From positions 74,261,590 to 74,296,661 of the forward strand of contig NC_068984.1 of assembly GCF_001194135.2 (NCBI RefSeq): 35,072 nucleotides of DNA, in the 5' to 3' direction. The notes under the pieces were generated by a model, which saw nothing but the letters and a program-made list of their open reading frames with translations, did no database searches and was not told the DNA's origin. Position 1 is the stretch's first letter. Each line of letters starts with the position of its first letter. The DNA is from Octopus bimaculoides (lineage: Eukaryota). Shown one piece after another: positions 10,496-21,665 of this stretch. A program made the position numbers and the translations under genes.

Positions 10496-10712
10496 TTTTT
10501 TCTGCTATAGGCACAAAACCTGAAATTTTGTGATGAAAGCACCAGCCAATGACATCGATCTCAGTATTCAACTAGTACTTAAATTTATCGACCCTTGAAG
10601 ACTGAAAGGGGGAATCGACTTAAGTGACATTTGACCTCATACTGTAAAATTCGGTAGAAAGTCCACTAAACATTTTGCCCAAAACGGTAACTGTTCCGCC
10701 TGCTCGCCACCT
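10496..10712 (-). mobile_element. SINE family B monomer, diverged (tail type 2)
   Basis: Reverse complement begins aaggtggcgagcaggcggaacag... and ends ...aaaatttcaggttttgtgcctatagcagaaaa. Confidence 0.75.
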
Positions 10713-10747
10713 TATTATGATGTATAACATGATATAGTATAATATAA

Positions 10748-10966
10748 AGGCGGTGAGCTGGCAAAATTATTACTGCGCTGGAAAAAATTGCTTAGTGGCA
10801 TTTCGTGAGACTTTACGTTCTGAGTTCAAAAGTCGCCGGGGTTGATAAAATAAGTACCTTTCGGGATCAATAAAATAGGTACCAGTTGAATACTGAGGCC
10901 GATGATGTTATCGACTAGATCCCTTCCCCGAAGTTGCTGGCCTAGTGCCAAAATTTGAAACCAATA
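10748..10966 (+). mobile_element. SINE family B monomer (tail type 3), with an internal deletion/duplication
   Basis: aggcggtgagctggcaaaatt...tacgttctgagttcaaaa...; gataaaataagtacc is duplicated; tail ggcctagtgccaaaatttgaaaccaata. Confidence 0.85.
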
Positions 10967-12208
10967 TATTGGGTTGGAAAGTAAGTAATTTCGGTTATTT
11001 AGTGTGAAATAAAAGTCATTTTTTTACATATTTTCCATTTTGTTCGTGACATTTTGCCATCTTTCTGTCAACTTCATGCTTCCGCGTTCAGAGAACTTCT
11101 GGTCCTTATCACCCAAAAACTGATCAAGTGCGATTTCAGGTCATCATCATTATTGAAAGTTTTACCATTCAATGAATTTTGCAAACTTAGAAATAAATGG
11201 TAATCTGACGGTGCAAGCCAGGGCTATATGGTAGATGTGACATCACTTCTCAATCAAGCTCCAGTAATTTTTCACGAGGTAGCAAAGGCATGTGTGGTTT
11301 AGCATTGTCATGGTGGAACACGATTCCTTTACGATTTGCCAATTCTGGTCGTGTTTCTTTGATTGCTTCGTACAGTTTCATTAGTTGTTGACAGTAAACA
11401 TCTGAATTGATCATTTGGTTCCTTGAAATTAGTCAAAATACACAACACCTTTGTAATCCCACAGCATGACCTTTTTGTAATGCAATTCAGCTTTCGATGT
11501 AGTTTGAGCTGGTTCATTACACTTGGATCACGATCGTTTTCGATTGCTATTATTGTAGGTTGTAGACAATCCATTTTTCATCACCAGTGATGATTCATTA
11601 AAAAAAAGTGTCGATTAGATTGCGTTTAAGATGCATATCTTAATAATGATTCGCAAATGTTGATTCGTTGTATTAGTGAATCTCTTTCAATTTATATGGA
11701 ACCCAAATATCAAGCTTCTTAATGAGTCCATGACATTTTAATGATTTTCAATTATTGTGTGTGATGTATTTAACCTCTCTGCAACCTCTCACACAGTTAT
11801 ATGACAATCAGATTCAATTATGGATTTGATTCGGTCGACCAGAACGTTGGTCATCTTTGAGTGAAATATCTCCAGAACGGAATTTTTAAACCATTTCTGT
11901 CACGTGCGTTCTGTTAAGTAATCAACACCATAAATTTCACATATCTCTTCGTGAGCTTTAGCAACTTTCTTGCCTTTACGGAAATACAAAAAGCAAAATA
12001 TGGCGAAAATGTTCATTTCTGCACTCTATGTTAAAATTGACACGGTGCCAACAGCTCTAAACAAAATTACGCGCATTTTGCTTCTAAAGTAAGCTAAAAG
12101 TAACGGCTATCAAATGTCAAAAGGAAAGCATCATAACATTGACAAAAGTCGGTCAAAAAATTGTAACGCTATTTGCGAAAACGGAATTACTTTCTTGCCA
12201 ACCTAATA
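10967..12208 (-). mobile_element. Near-full-length degraded mariner (cecropia/Hsmar1-like), D,D34D transposase pseudogene
   Basis: TA-flanked TIRs TAttgggttggaaagtaagtaatttcggtt and reverse-complement TAttaggttggcaagaaagtaattccgttt; length 1.24 kb. Minus-strand motifs EHFRHILLF, DDQRSGRP, IWVPYKL, IITGDEKWIVY, FHHDNAKPH, PYSPGLAPSDYHLF and EQNGKY, interrupted by stops and frameshifts. Confidence 0.95.
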
Positions 12209-12339
12209 ATATGAATGTTTTGTATATATTGCTGGTTGAATCAATCTCTAGTTGCTATGAAGGTTCGTCTGTGTTTTCACAGGGTCAGTAGGCATGTTAT
12301 GTTTTTTCCATGGCCCTGTGAGCTCATAGGTAAAGATCC

Positions 12340-12900
12340 AGAGTAGCAAGACGCTCATCGAACCTAAATAAAAATATTATTCTCAAGTATTGTATTGAGT
12401 ACTCTTACTTCCGACAGTCAACAGTAAATGGATATACGAAACCAATTAGTCCAGCCGAACTTGTAACTCCGACTGTCTCAATCGGTATCGTACATATATT
12501 GTGTCAATAACAAGACTTAAATTTGCTTACAGCACTTGTCAGCGAGGTTTTCTCAGAGCCCGAGGGTTCAGCAGTTGTTAAGGGTTTTATAAAATGTAAA
12601 TAAGGCTAATTTTATGCTAAAGCTTATTTATGTCAATGTTATCTTTAATTCTGTGTTGACATCTTCCTTGTATATGCATGGCATATTCCGTAAAGTCGGG
12701 AAATCCTGATATCTATATATAGCAAGTACACCCTAAGTGGAATTATAGAGGAATTTGGTCTAAACAAGGTCTTAGATAAGACAAACTTTCTTAGTCCTTC
12801 TTTCTGATGTTTGATGGATTTAGTGCTAGCAAACATTTCAAAGACAATTTTAAGATCACTTCCATCCATTGTGGAATTCAACTTTAATGATCAATTATAT
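12340..12900 (-). mobile_element. Possible highly decayed Penelope-like reverse transcriptase remnant
   Basis: Minus-strand fragments loosely resemble PLE RT motifs in the expected order: SRLYG...(I)HKEDV (cf. PRLYGLPKIHK), TIPIE (cf. LFTNIP) and ILENNIF..FDER (cf. NNYFxFN). A hammerhead-like motif lies just upstream on the same strand. Weak, by eye only. Confidence 0.3.
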
Positions 12901-13098
12901 GTAATAATTTTTATGCAGAGGTTCCTGAGACATGAAATTTATTTCAAGAATTTCCCAAAAGCAAAACGGTATGGAAATACTGTTTATGGTAAAGTCAGTG
13001 CTAATATATTTATTCTAATGAATTAAGAGCTGTAATTAATTAAAATTACATATTTGATGAAACAAAGTATTACTGGCTTCACAGATAATTTCAAATAT

Positions 13099-13131
13099 GA
13101 AAATGTTTCGGTATTATTACACCTCATCAGC
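13099..13131 (-). ncRNA. Degenerate minimal hammerhead-like motif
   Basis: Minus strand CUGAUGA-GGUGU(AAUA)AUACC-GAAAC-AUUUUC: intact core boxes and a 5-bp stem II; stem III is imperfect and I found no stem I. Confidence 0.4.
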
Positions 13132-13260
13132 GAAGAATGCATTGTCATAGTTATTGCTTTATTTAGTTAAAATTTCTTAGCTTACTACATTAAGTATGTT
13201 AGCTCTTACCGTACAGTTATGTTATCCTGCAGAGCATGTCCCTAGGGTGTGTCTCCCTAA

Positions 13261-13420
13261 TTCTTCTTCTTCTTCTTCTTCTTCTTCTTCTTCTTCTTCT
13301 TCTTCTTCTTCTTCTTCTTCTTCTTCCTTGTCTCGTGCCGTGCCTTCCTCTCACATTATTTTCGTGTGGTCGCCCCGTGGTGTCCCTCGTCTGCTCTCCC
13401 CGTGACCAATAAACAAATCT

Positions 13421-13463
<43 letters not shown>

Positions 13464-13493
13464 CACCACCACCACCACCACCACCACCACCAC
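13261..13493. repeat. (TTC)n at 13261-13325 and compound (CTA)n(CCA)n at 13421-13493
   Basis: Direct inspection; source of the poly-Ser and poly-Thr ORFs. Confidence 0.97.
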
Positions 13494-15383
13494 CGTTACG
13501 CTGCAGCTGGTGTGTAAGTCAGATTATTTAGTGTTTGTTATAGTAATTATCTTGTTTGATATCTCTCTTCTGATTATTTGTTTTACGGAAGTATCTATCA
13601 TTTTCTACTTTCTATTTTGTTTGTTTTTGCTTTGTTTTGCTTTTGTTAGCCTGCGTTTGTCTGAATTTGTCTTTGTTTTTATTGACTGAATTTAGTAGTG
13701 TTTTAATAAGCTTGCTTTATTTATAATACGCTTAACCATTTGAATACTAATGTATATACATACGCACACATGCATATATAAGGGTGTGTGTGTGTGTGTC
13801 TGTGTATATATATATATATATTTNNNNNNNNNNNNNNNNNNNNNNNNNNNNNNNNNNNNNNNNNNNNNNNNNNNNNNNNNNNNNNNNNNNNNNNNNNNNN
13901 NNNNNNNNNNNNNNNNNNNNNNNNNNNNNNNNNNNNNNNNNNNNNNNNNNNNNNNNNNNNNNNNNNNNNNNNNNNNNNNNNNNNNNNNNNNNNNNNNNNN
14001 NNNNNNNNNNNNNNNNNNNNNNNNNNNNNNNNNNNNNNNNNNNNNNNNNNNNNNNNNNNNNNNNNNNNNNNNNNNNNNNNNNNNNNNNNNNNNNNNNNNN
14101 NNNNNNNNNNNNNNNNNNNNNNNNNNNNNNNNNNNNNNNNNNNNNNNNNNNNNNNNNNNNNNNNNNNNNNNNNNNNNNNNNNNNNNNNNNNNNNNNNNNN
14201 NNNNNNNNNNNNNNNNNNNNNNNNNNNNNNNNNNNNNNNNNNNNNNNNNNNNNNNNNNNNNNNNNNNNNNNNNNNNNNNNNNNNNNNNNNNNNNNNNNNN
14301 NNNNNNNNNNNNNNNNNNNNNNNNNNNNNNNNNNNNNNNNNNNNNNNNNNNNNNNNNNNNNNNNNNNNNNNNNNNNNNNNNNNNNNNNNNNNNNNNNNNN
14401 NNNNNNNNNNNNNNNNNNNNNNNNNNNNNNNNNNNNNNNNNNNNNNNNNNNNNNNNNNNNNNNNNNNNNNNNNNNNNNNNNNNNNNNNNNNNNNNNNNNN
14501 NNNNNNNNNNNNNNNNNNNNNNNNNNNNNNNNNNNNNNNNNNNNNNNNNNNNNNNNNNNNNNNNNNNNNNNNNNNNNNNNNNNNNNNNNNNNNNNNNNNN
14601 NNNNNNNNNNNNNNNNNNNNNNNNNNNNNNNNNNNNNNNNNNNNNNNNNNNNNNNNNNNNNNNNNNNNNNNNNNNNNNNNNNNNNNNNNNNNNNNNNNNN
14701 NNNNNNNNNNNNNNNNNNNNNNNNNNNNNNNNNNNNNNNNATATATGAATATATATGTTTGTGCGTGTGCGTGTGTGTGTGTGAGACTCTGTGTGCGCGC
14801 GTGTGTGTTGTGTGTATGTGTTAGCTGGGAAATATTTTTGAGTTTATATTCATACCACAACAAATCTTTCAATGCATATACATACACACATACAGACTCA
14901 CTCAGAAACACACGTACAGATATATGGATGCATACATGAATGCTTTCATATCTGTACTCTTTCATATATGCTTTCATATGCATAGTATATGAACATTTTA
15001 AATTTTTATCTATCATTTTCCCTATAAGAGCTTGTCTGTTTATATACTAATTTATTATAACATATTTCTTTTTTTATAAGAAATATGCTATAATGATATT
15101 TCTTATTTATAAGAAATTCTTATTTATAAATATTTATAACATATTTCTTATGAATTTAAACACTTATGCTCTTTTCTTCAGCAAAATAAAGTCCTTAGTT
15201 GTAAATAATATTTTCCTAGTCTTAGTATGGTAAGTATTTCTGCACCTACCTTAGCATATGGTTCTCATATAGGCCGAATCTTGGCGTATGTTAAGGATAC
15301 ATAATTGCATATAAACGTATTTCTAAAATCAAGTAATGGCGCACACGCACCCACAGAACACATTTATGTGTGTGTGTGTGTGT

Positions 15384-15442
<59 letters not shown>

Positions 15443-15618
15443 TATATTTGTAAGAATATGTATCTCTAGTTTGCCTCAGTGCTTAAAATACACATTTCGC
15501 AACAACTGCGCTGCAATTTGGTCCATTGTCTTCACTAATGTATATGAATGAAGTTCAGATAACTGAAACTGTGTAGAATCGCGTCATACTTATGCGTATG
15601 CCTATATGTAGGTATACA

Positions 15619-17300
15619 TATTTGGTTGGAAAGAAAGTCGTGATGCAATGTTGCCAAATTCATTTTGAAGGGTTTTTTTTAATACTTCCAATAAAATAAG
15701 TTTTAATTCTTACATTCTATCACTTTTCCGCCCCTTTTTTTTTTTTTTTTTTGCTGATCATTTTATACAATAGTGATTAAGTTCGATCCAACTTTACTCT
15801 TCTAGAATTAGTTTCGATCAAACGCATATGAGTCACTGCATGATGTATGGATTCAAAGTTTTTTTTCTTCTTTTCTTTCAGTGATGGAGATGGCAAAAAA
15901 TATTCGTTCTGTCAATGGAAATGAAACTTTAAGTAGCATGTCTATGTCAATGAAAATTTGGCTAGTTTCGCTCTGGAAATTTTTCTCTCGCAGATTCCCA
16001 TCGATCTGGACAACAAAGTTCTGTCAATATTGTGCCTCTGAACACCGGAGTTGAGTAAAATCCGAATCAAACTGCACGAGAAGTAGCAAAAGAGTTCAAG
16101 TCATACTTCGATCATAAAATAATTTTATGAACAAGGAACAGTGTCTAAACTTGCTCAGTGATTCCTTCATCACCTGACTACTTTTCAGCTTAATCTAAGC
16201 TCGTCTTTGAAGTGTACACTCGCTATCGCCTAATTCCTAGGTAGGATCAACACAAGTGATGGAAAGTGTTTTCTCTCTAATCATATCCACCGAAAACAGC
16301 AATGCTTAGCACCAAACGGAAATGGAGAAACCGTTCCTAAGCTAGAACTACATCCAAAAGCAAGCTCTGTGTTAGGTGGAATAGTGGAGGCGCAATGGCC
16401 CAGTAGTTAGGGCAGCGGACTCGCGGTCATAGGATCGCGGTTTCGATTCCCAGACCGGGCGTTGTGAGTGTTTATTGAGCGAAAACACCTAAAGCTCCAC
16501 GAGGCTCCGGCAGGGGATAGTGGCGAACCCTGCTGTACTCTTTCACCACAGCTTTCTCTCACTCTTACTTCCTGTTTCTGTTGTGCCCGTAATTCAAAGG
16601 GTCAGCCTTGTCACACTGTGTCACGCTGAATATCCCCGAGAACTACGTTAAAGGTACATGTGTCTGTGGAGTGCTCAGCCACTTGCACGTTAATTTCACG
16701 AGCAGGCTGTTCTGTTGATCGGATCAACTGGAACCCTCGTCGTCGTAAGCGACGGAGTGCCAACAATAGGTGGAATATGAAGGACTTGTCAATAACGAAG
16801 TGTTAAACCAAAATGAAATATAATATGGAGACACAATGTCGCCAATTGAAAGCAATGCACAAATATATACAGTAAAAGCCACCATCGTTAGTTAAACGTG
16901 AAGTGGTGTTACTTTTACGCGATACCACAAGACGATATATTGCCAAATTAAACTCAAGAAACAATTATGACACTAAATATGGAAGTTTTCTTCATCCTCT
17001 TCACTCTCTTGACATTGCTCTAGCTGACTATCATCTTTTTAGATCATTACGACATTTTTTAAGGGTAAACAATTTATTAATTACAAAGAGATTCTAAGTT
17101 ATATTGGGTAGTTCTTTGGTTCGAAACCTAATGAATTTTACCTATAGCCAATAACCCTATCTATTTTGCCAAATAGATGGGCTTATTTTATCAATAATGA
17201 AGGAGACCATCATCTTTATTCAATATAACAATTAAGACCAAACAGGCATTTGATTCACTCCCATTTTAAAATGCGACAAGAATTTCTTTCTAACCTTGTG
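15619..17300 (+). mobile_element. Old full-length mariner (cecropia-like) interrupted by a SINE
   Basis: TIR-like ends TAtttggttggaaagaaagtc and reverse-complement aaggttagaaagaaattc. Plus-strand motifs RSGNFSLADSHRSG, NPNQTAREVA, FLGRINTSDGK (TGDEK), PKLELHPK, CVRWNMKGL (restored on removing the SINE and one TSD), HPLHSLDIALADYHLFRSL and LPNRW. Length without the insert is about 1.29 kb, typical of mariner. Confidence 0.85.
16384..16766 (+). mobile_element. SINE family C (tRNA-like head), full length, perfect 11-bp TSD
   Basis: Head ggcgcaatggcccagtagttagggcagcggactcgcgg...ggtttcgattcc (A and B boxes). TSD TAGGTGGAATA at 16373-16383 and 16767-16777; short caacaa tail. Confidence 0.95.
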
Positions 17301-17350
17301 TATGTGTGTACTGGGACTGGATCTCGAAGCACATATAAGGCTGTACATAA

Positions 17351-17568
17351 CAATGGTTTCAAATTTTGGCGCAATGCCAACAAGTTCAGGTGAAAGGGTT
17401 AAGTCGATTATATCGACCCAGTGCTCAACTGGTACTTTTCCTATCGATCCCGAAAAGATGAAGGACGAAGTTGACCTCGGCGGATTTTGAACTCAGAACG
17501 TAAAAGCAAACGAAATATCGCTAAGAATTTCGCTTGGCGTGCTAACGATTCTGCCAGCTCGCCACTTT
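17351..17568 (-). mobile_element. SINE family B monomer (tail type 3)
   Basis: Full head and body on the minus strand. Possible decayed TSD aggctgtacataa (17338-17350) and aggctatatataa (17569-17581). Confidence 0.9.
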
Positions 17569-18284
17569 AGGCTATATATAATAATAGCAGTATGTATATA
17601 TTGCGTTAAAAAAAACAAAAAACCCTTTTGGATAAAAACGATGAGCAAGCCAAAACTTCGAAGTCACTGTTAATCTTTTTCTTGTAACAATAAAGAATTG
17701 TATAATAAACACGTGTATCAATAATTCTACAACACCCCCAGATACACTTGCTTGTAAGGTATAAGTTTGTATAAGTTTGTCAAGATGTAAAGAAACCTTA
17801 GAGCTCGGCCAAGTTTTCCATTTTTTATTTTTTATTTTTTTTCCATTTTCTTCCCATAAGATAGTAAAGAGTCATGAATTATTAACAGCTTTACAGATTT
17901 AAAAGAAGATAATAATCAAATTCTCTCATGGTGTTTACTTCTACTGCTTTTCTTGCCCAAACAAAGCTTTCAACGTGTGTGTATATATAATTTATTTTTG
18001 TCATTTTAAGGACCTTGACACTTTGTTTCCTTAACATATGCAGGCAGCTATCATGTTCGTACGTTTAGACAGTTAATTAGTTCACTACTGATGTTGCGAA
18101 GATGTTTTTGTTAGAAAATCAAGGTGTAAGTTGCGTTATGTTTAACATGATGAATCATCATAGAAGAAAGAATTATCTTCAACAATGTAAATTAATAACA
18201 CCAGGTTTTTTTTTCTTTTGTATACGTAATGTACAATATGTTTAATTTATGTTATGTGTGAATCAGGGAATGATGTCCGGTCAG

Positions 18285-18535
18285 TTGATCAAAGAGGCAA
18301 TGCCTCACTTGGGTGGGAACTAGTAAGGCAATGATGATGACGTCATGTCAGCTGTTGATGACATTTTTTGACCAGCAGACTGGAAACTTCTTCACCAATG
18401 GGATCGAAGCACTGCAACACCGGTGAAAGAAGTTTGTGGGTCGCAAGAGGGACTATGTTTAAAAATAAAACTCATTTGGTTACATTCTATGAAAGCATAT
18501 TGGTCAGCCTATGACTTTTACAACCGAGACTCGTG
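18285..18535 (+). mobile_element. 3' fragment of the same mariner family as 375-1321, with its right TIR
   Basis: Encodes DDDVMSAVDD...FFTNGIEALQHR-KKFVGRK and ends cctatgacttttacaaccgagactcgtg. Confidence 0.85.
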
Positions 18536-19008
18536 AGAATATAATTTCCAGAGTATAATATTTTTCAAGGCGGTAGGGTGCTATTTGAAAGATATTTCGC
18601 TGCTATTTCTATTAAATCAAGTAAGCCGTTGAGGCTCCCTTGCTGGATTATTACTGAAAACTAAGGAGGAAGAACTGTATAGTTAAAGCGAATTTCATTA
18701 GTTTGCCCAGCTGGCTTCAAAAGTGTGTGGGCCAGAAAGGAGACCAAATTTAAAAATAAGCCTTATTTGGTCACATTCCATGACAACATCTTGGTCATCC
18801 TATGAGCTTTTCCGCCGACCCTCATAGGAATATGATTTCCAGAGTATCTTCCTTTTCAAGACAGTAATGTGCTATTTGAAAGATATCTCGCAGCTATTTC
18901 TAGAAGATCAAGTAACCCGTAGAGGCTCTCCTACTGGACTGAAAACTACAGTGAAAAAACTTTATAATTAAGGAACGTTTCAATAGTTTGTACAGCTTGG
19001 TTCAAAAG
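18426..19008. repeat. Ancient tandem duplication, unit about 290 bp (mariner right end plus family E fragment)
   Basis: 18426-18723 and 18719-19008 align over their length (e.g. gatttccagagtat and gtgctatttgaaagatat in both), roughly three-quarters identical by eye. Confidence 0.85.
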
Positions 19009-19357
19009 ATGCCTAAAGTAGCTATAACTACAACTGGAAACTGCTATAAACTAGCGTTTACATCCAAGGAAGAGATGCGATTCAGAATTATTATTGTTGC
19101 TGTTATTTAGACTTCAGGCTGTTTTGATCGATTAGATCTATGATGAAAAGTATTCCAGCCGTGACTACCTTATATGATTATCAGACATAGTGCAACAAGA
19201 TCGGGCTTATTCAGCAACACAAGGTTGTTCATGCGGCGTGATGGCTACATACGGTGATGCTCATCACGCACATGTACATACGCCACCACTGCCACTACCA
19301 TCACTACCACCACTACTACCACCACTATCACCACCATCAATTATTATGCAGTACAGG

Positions 19358-19985
19358 CATGTAGCACACAAAGAGAAATTAGAGAAATACGCTACTCAAA
19401 TAAAGTTCCTATATCCTTTCCCTACCAATATACACCAGTCAATCTACACCCAGCATGCAGGTGACGCACAATGAGACGGTAATGATTGCCCCTGCTCAAA
19501 TTAAGTTCCTTTATCTGCTTCACAAAATATCTACGAACATATCTCACAATATCATACATGAGACAGTAGAAAGGAGATCTGGAGTGATTGGCCCCGATCA
19601 AATGAAACTGCTTTACCATTCCACGCCTCATCCCCAAATTGTCTAGACAATCACAATCCGTTCATGCATGTGACATACAAAGGGAAACTTTAGTGATTAT
19701 CCTTTTTGGAACGAATTTCGCTTTTCTTTTAAATTTTTTGGAACACTCAAAATACCCCCAGACAGTTCCACACCCATTACCCCATGTAACATACAAGGGA
19801 ATCTTCAGTGATTATTCCCTCTCAAATTACATTCCTTTATCTCGCCCTTCAAAAGGTCTCCAACAATCCCCACGCCCCTTGAGGCATGTGACATCCAAGA
19901 GAATCTTCATTGACGAGTACTCTTCAAATTACATATTTTTTATCATTCCCTCAGTTATCCCAGACAAAAGCGCACGCCCCATAAG
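19358..19985. repeat. Degenerate tandem array, six units of about 100-116 bp
   Basis: Units start catgt(g/a)acatacaa-like at 19358, 19458, 19557, 19667, 19783 and 19885, sharing ...tgatt...ctcaaatta.attcctttatc... motifs. Confidence 0.8.
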
Positions 19986-20227
19986 TAGTTCTGATATTTC
20001 TCAAATATCCAAGTTTCATATTTGTTTCACTTTCAATAACCTTTCAACGATAGAAATAAAATTTGCTGTTGCCCACGGTAGTGTGTCTGTGTGCGTGTGT
20101 CTTAACGAGTGTCTATGTGTAAAGTTGAGTTCCAGTTTGTGTGTCGCGTGTATATTCAAGTATGTATGTATGTACGTATGTATGTATGTATGTATGTATG
20201 TATGCATTATGCATATATACATATATT

Positions 20228-20995
20228 GACCATGACAGAGAAATTTCGCAGATAAAACCCGCAATCAGCGGAACTGAGAAAAACATCGAAGATGTGAGAG
20301 CAGCTAATTTTTAATGTTCTAGCTCAGTTCCGCTGTTTACAGCCGTGCTTGGAATGAGCGTGTAGCGTGTGATCGTCGCATTGTCCATGACAGAGAAAGT
20401 TGAGCAGAGAATCTGCATCAAATTTTCCCAAAAGTTTGCCGATATCTGCTCAGAGGCCCACGCAAAGTTTTCAAAAGTTTTCATCGTTCTCGACACAATC
20501 AAGGTTAGCTGAAAGCAGTTTTGGCACAAATTTAGTAAGCACGTTATCTGATAACTCACTGTTGGTGATTCGACGATTTTCCTTCACAGCTGCTCTCACA
20601 CCTGCGATGTTTTTCTCAGTTCCGATGATTGCAGGTTTGCCAGAGCGTTCATCACTATCAACATTTTTTCGGCCATTTTGGAAATGTCCAAACGACTCAT
20701 ACACTTGTGTGCGGCTCACACATTCCTCTCCGTATACGTTCTGCAAATCAACGTCGTAGGCCTCTGAGCAGGTATCACCAAGACAAATTTCTTTGTCATG
20801 GTCAACGCGACGATCACACGTTACACACTTTCTTTCCAAGCACTACTGCAAACAGCGGAAGTGAGCTAGAATGTTAAAACTTGGTGCGCATGCATAGCAG
20901 AATTAAAGGTCAGTCTGTGTCAAGCGGCTTTACTCTGCGTACTTTAGCTTCGTTACTATGGCAACAGTCCGGAAACTTAATGATCAGACCTCGTA
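20228..20995 (-). mobile_element. Rearranged mariner 5' region with an inverted duplication
   Basis: A single TIR (reverse complement TAcgaggtctgatcattaagtttccggact) at 20995. Minus-strand N-terminal HTH: CSEAY...VYGEECVSRTQVYE...DERSGKP...KFVPKLLS. Plus-strand copies of the same 5' sequence at about 20228-20305 and 20316-20466. Confidence 0.85.
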
Positions 20996-21040
20996 TATGT
21001 GTGTGTGAATATATGTATGCATGTATGTATGTATGTATGT

Positions 21041-21091
<51 letters not shown>

Positions 21092-21316
21092 CAATAGAAA
21101 TACTAACAACCTCGTTACGGTAAAGTATATTTGGAAAAGTGAACGAGAATAAAGTCAGATGATTATTTTATACTTAAACGATTAGACATTCACTTCGAAT
21201 TATAAATATCTATTCATTCTTCATTTGTTCATTTGCGTGTGTGTGCGCGTGTCTGTAAAATATAAGTATCTATCTATTTGTCTCAGTCTGTATGACTGTC
21301 ATTCTCTTTAACACAG

Positions 21317-21378
<62 letters not shown>

Positions 21379-21379
21379 G

Positions 21380-21420
<41 letters not shown>

Positions 21421-21665
21421 ACTAACTAACTATCTAACTATGTAGTGTATATCTAATATATTTGACATCAGAAACTGAGAAATCTCAAGACAGTGAAGTG
21501 GATAGCCATATGTTAATTATAACAAAACTAAATAATTAAATATTGAAAAATCAAATATCTTGGTTTCATCCAAAGGAAATCTTTAGCGAGAGCTCAATGA
21601 TATTGAACATAAGACAATAGAAGCTATTTAAAATCTAAAATTCAACATTTTCTTCACAGAAAGAT

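Noticed and set aside
12811-13026. Plus-strand 71-aa ORF as a Penelope RT fragment (FNFNDQLY...SANIF)
   Set aside because: Resemblance is superficial and conflicts with the equally weak minus-strand interpretation; needs a profile search.
15055-15150. AT-rich short palindromes (atttcttat...ataagaaat)
   Set aside because: Expected in very low-complexity AT sequence.
15545-15576. AGUU/AACU stem followed by GAAAC on the plus strand
   Set aside because: The upstream core (UGAAUGA) does not match CUGANGA and there is no stem I or III.
16384-16460. Genuine tRNA genes (also 27430-27507 and the family A/B heads)
   Set aside because: The tRNA-like heads lack a proper acceptor stem and continue into SINE bodies; one has a clear TSD.
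18338-18345. Perfect CRE TGACGTCA
   Set aside because: Lies within mariner coding sequence (DDV codons), with no evidence of regulatory use.
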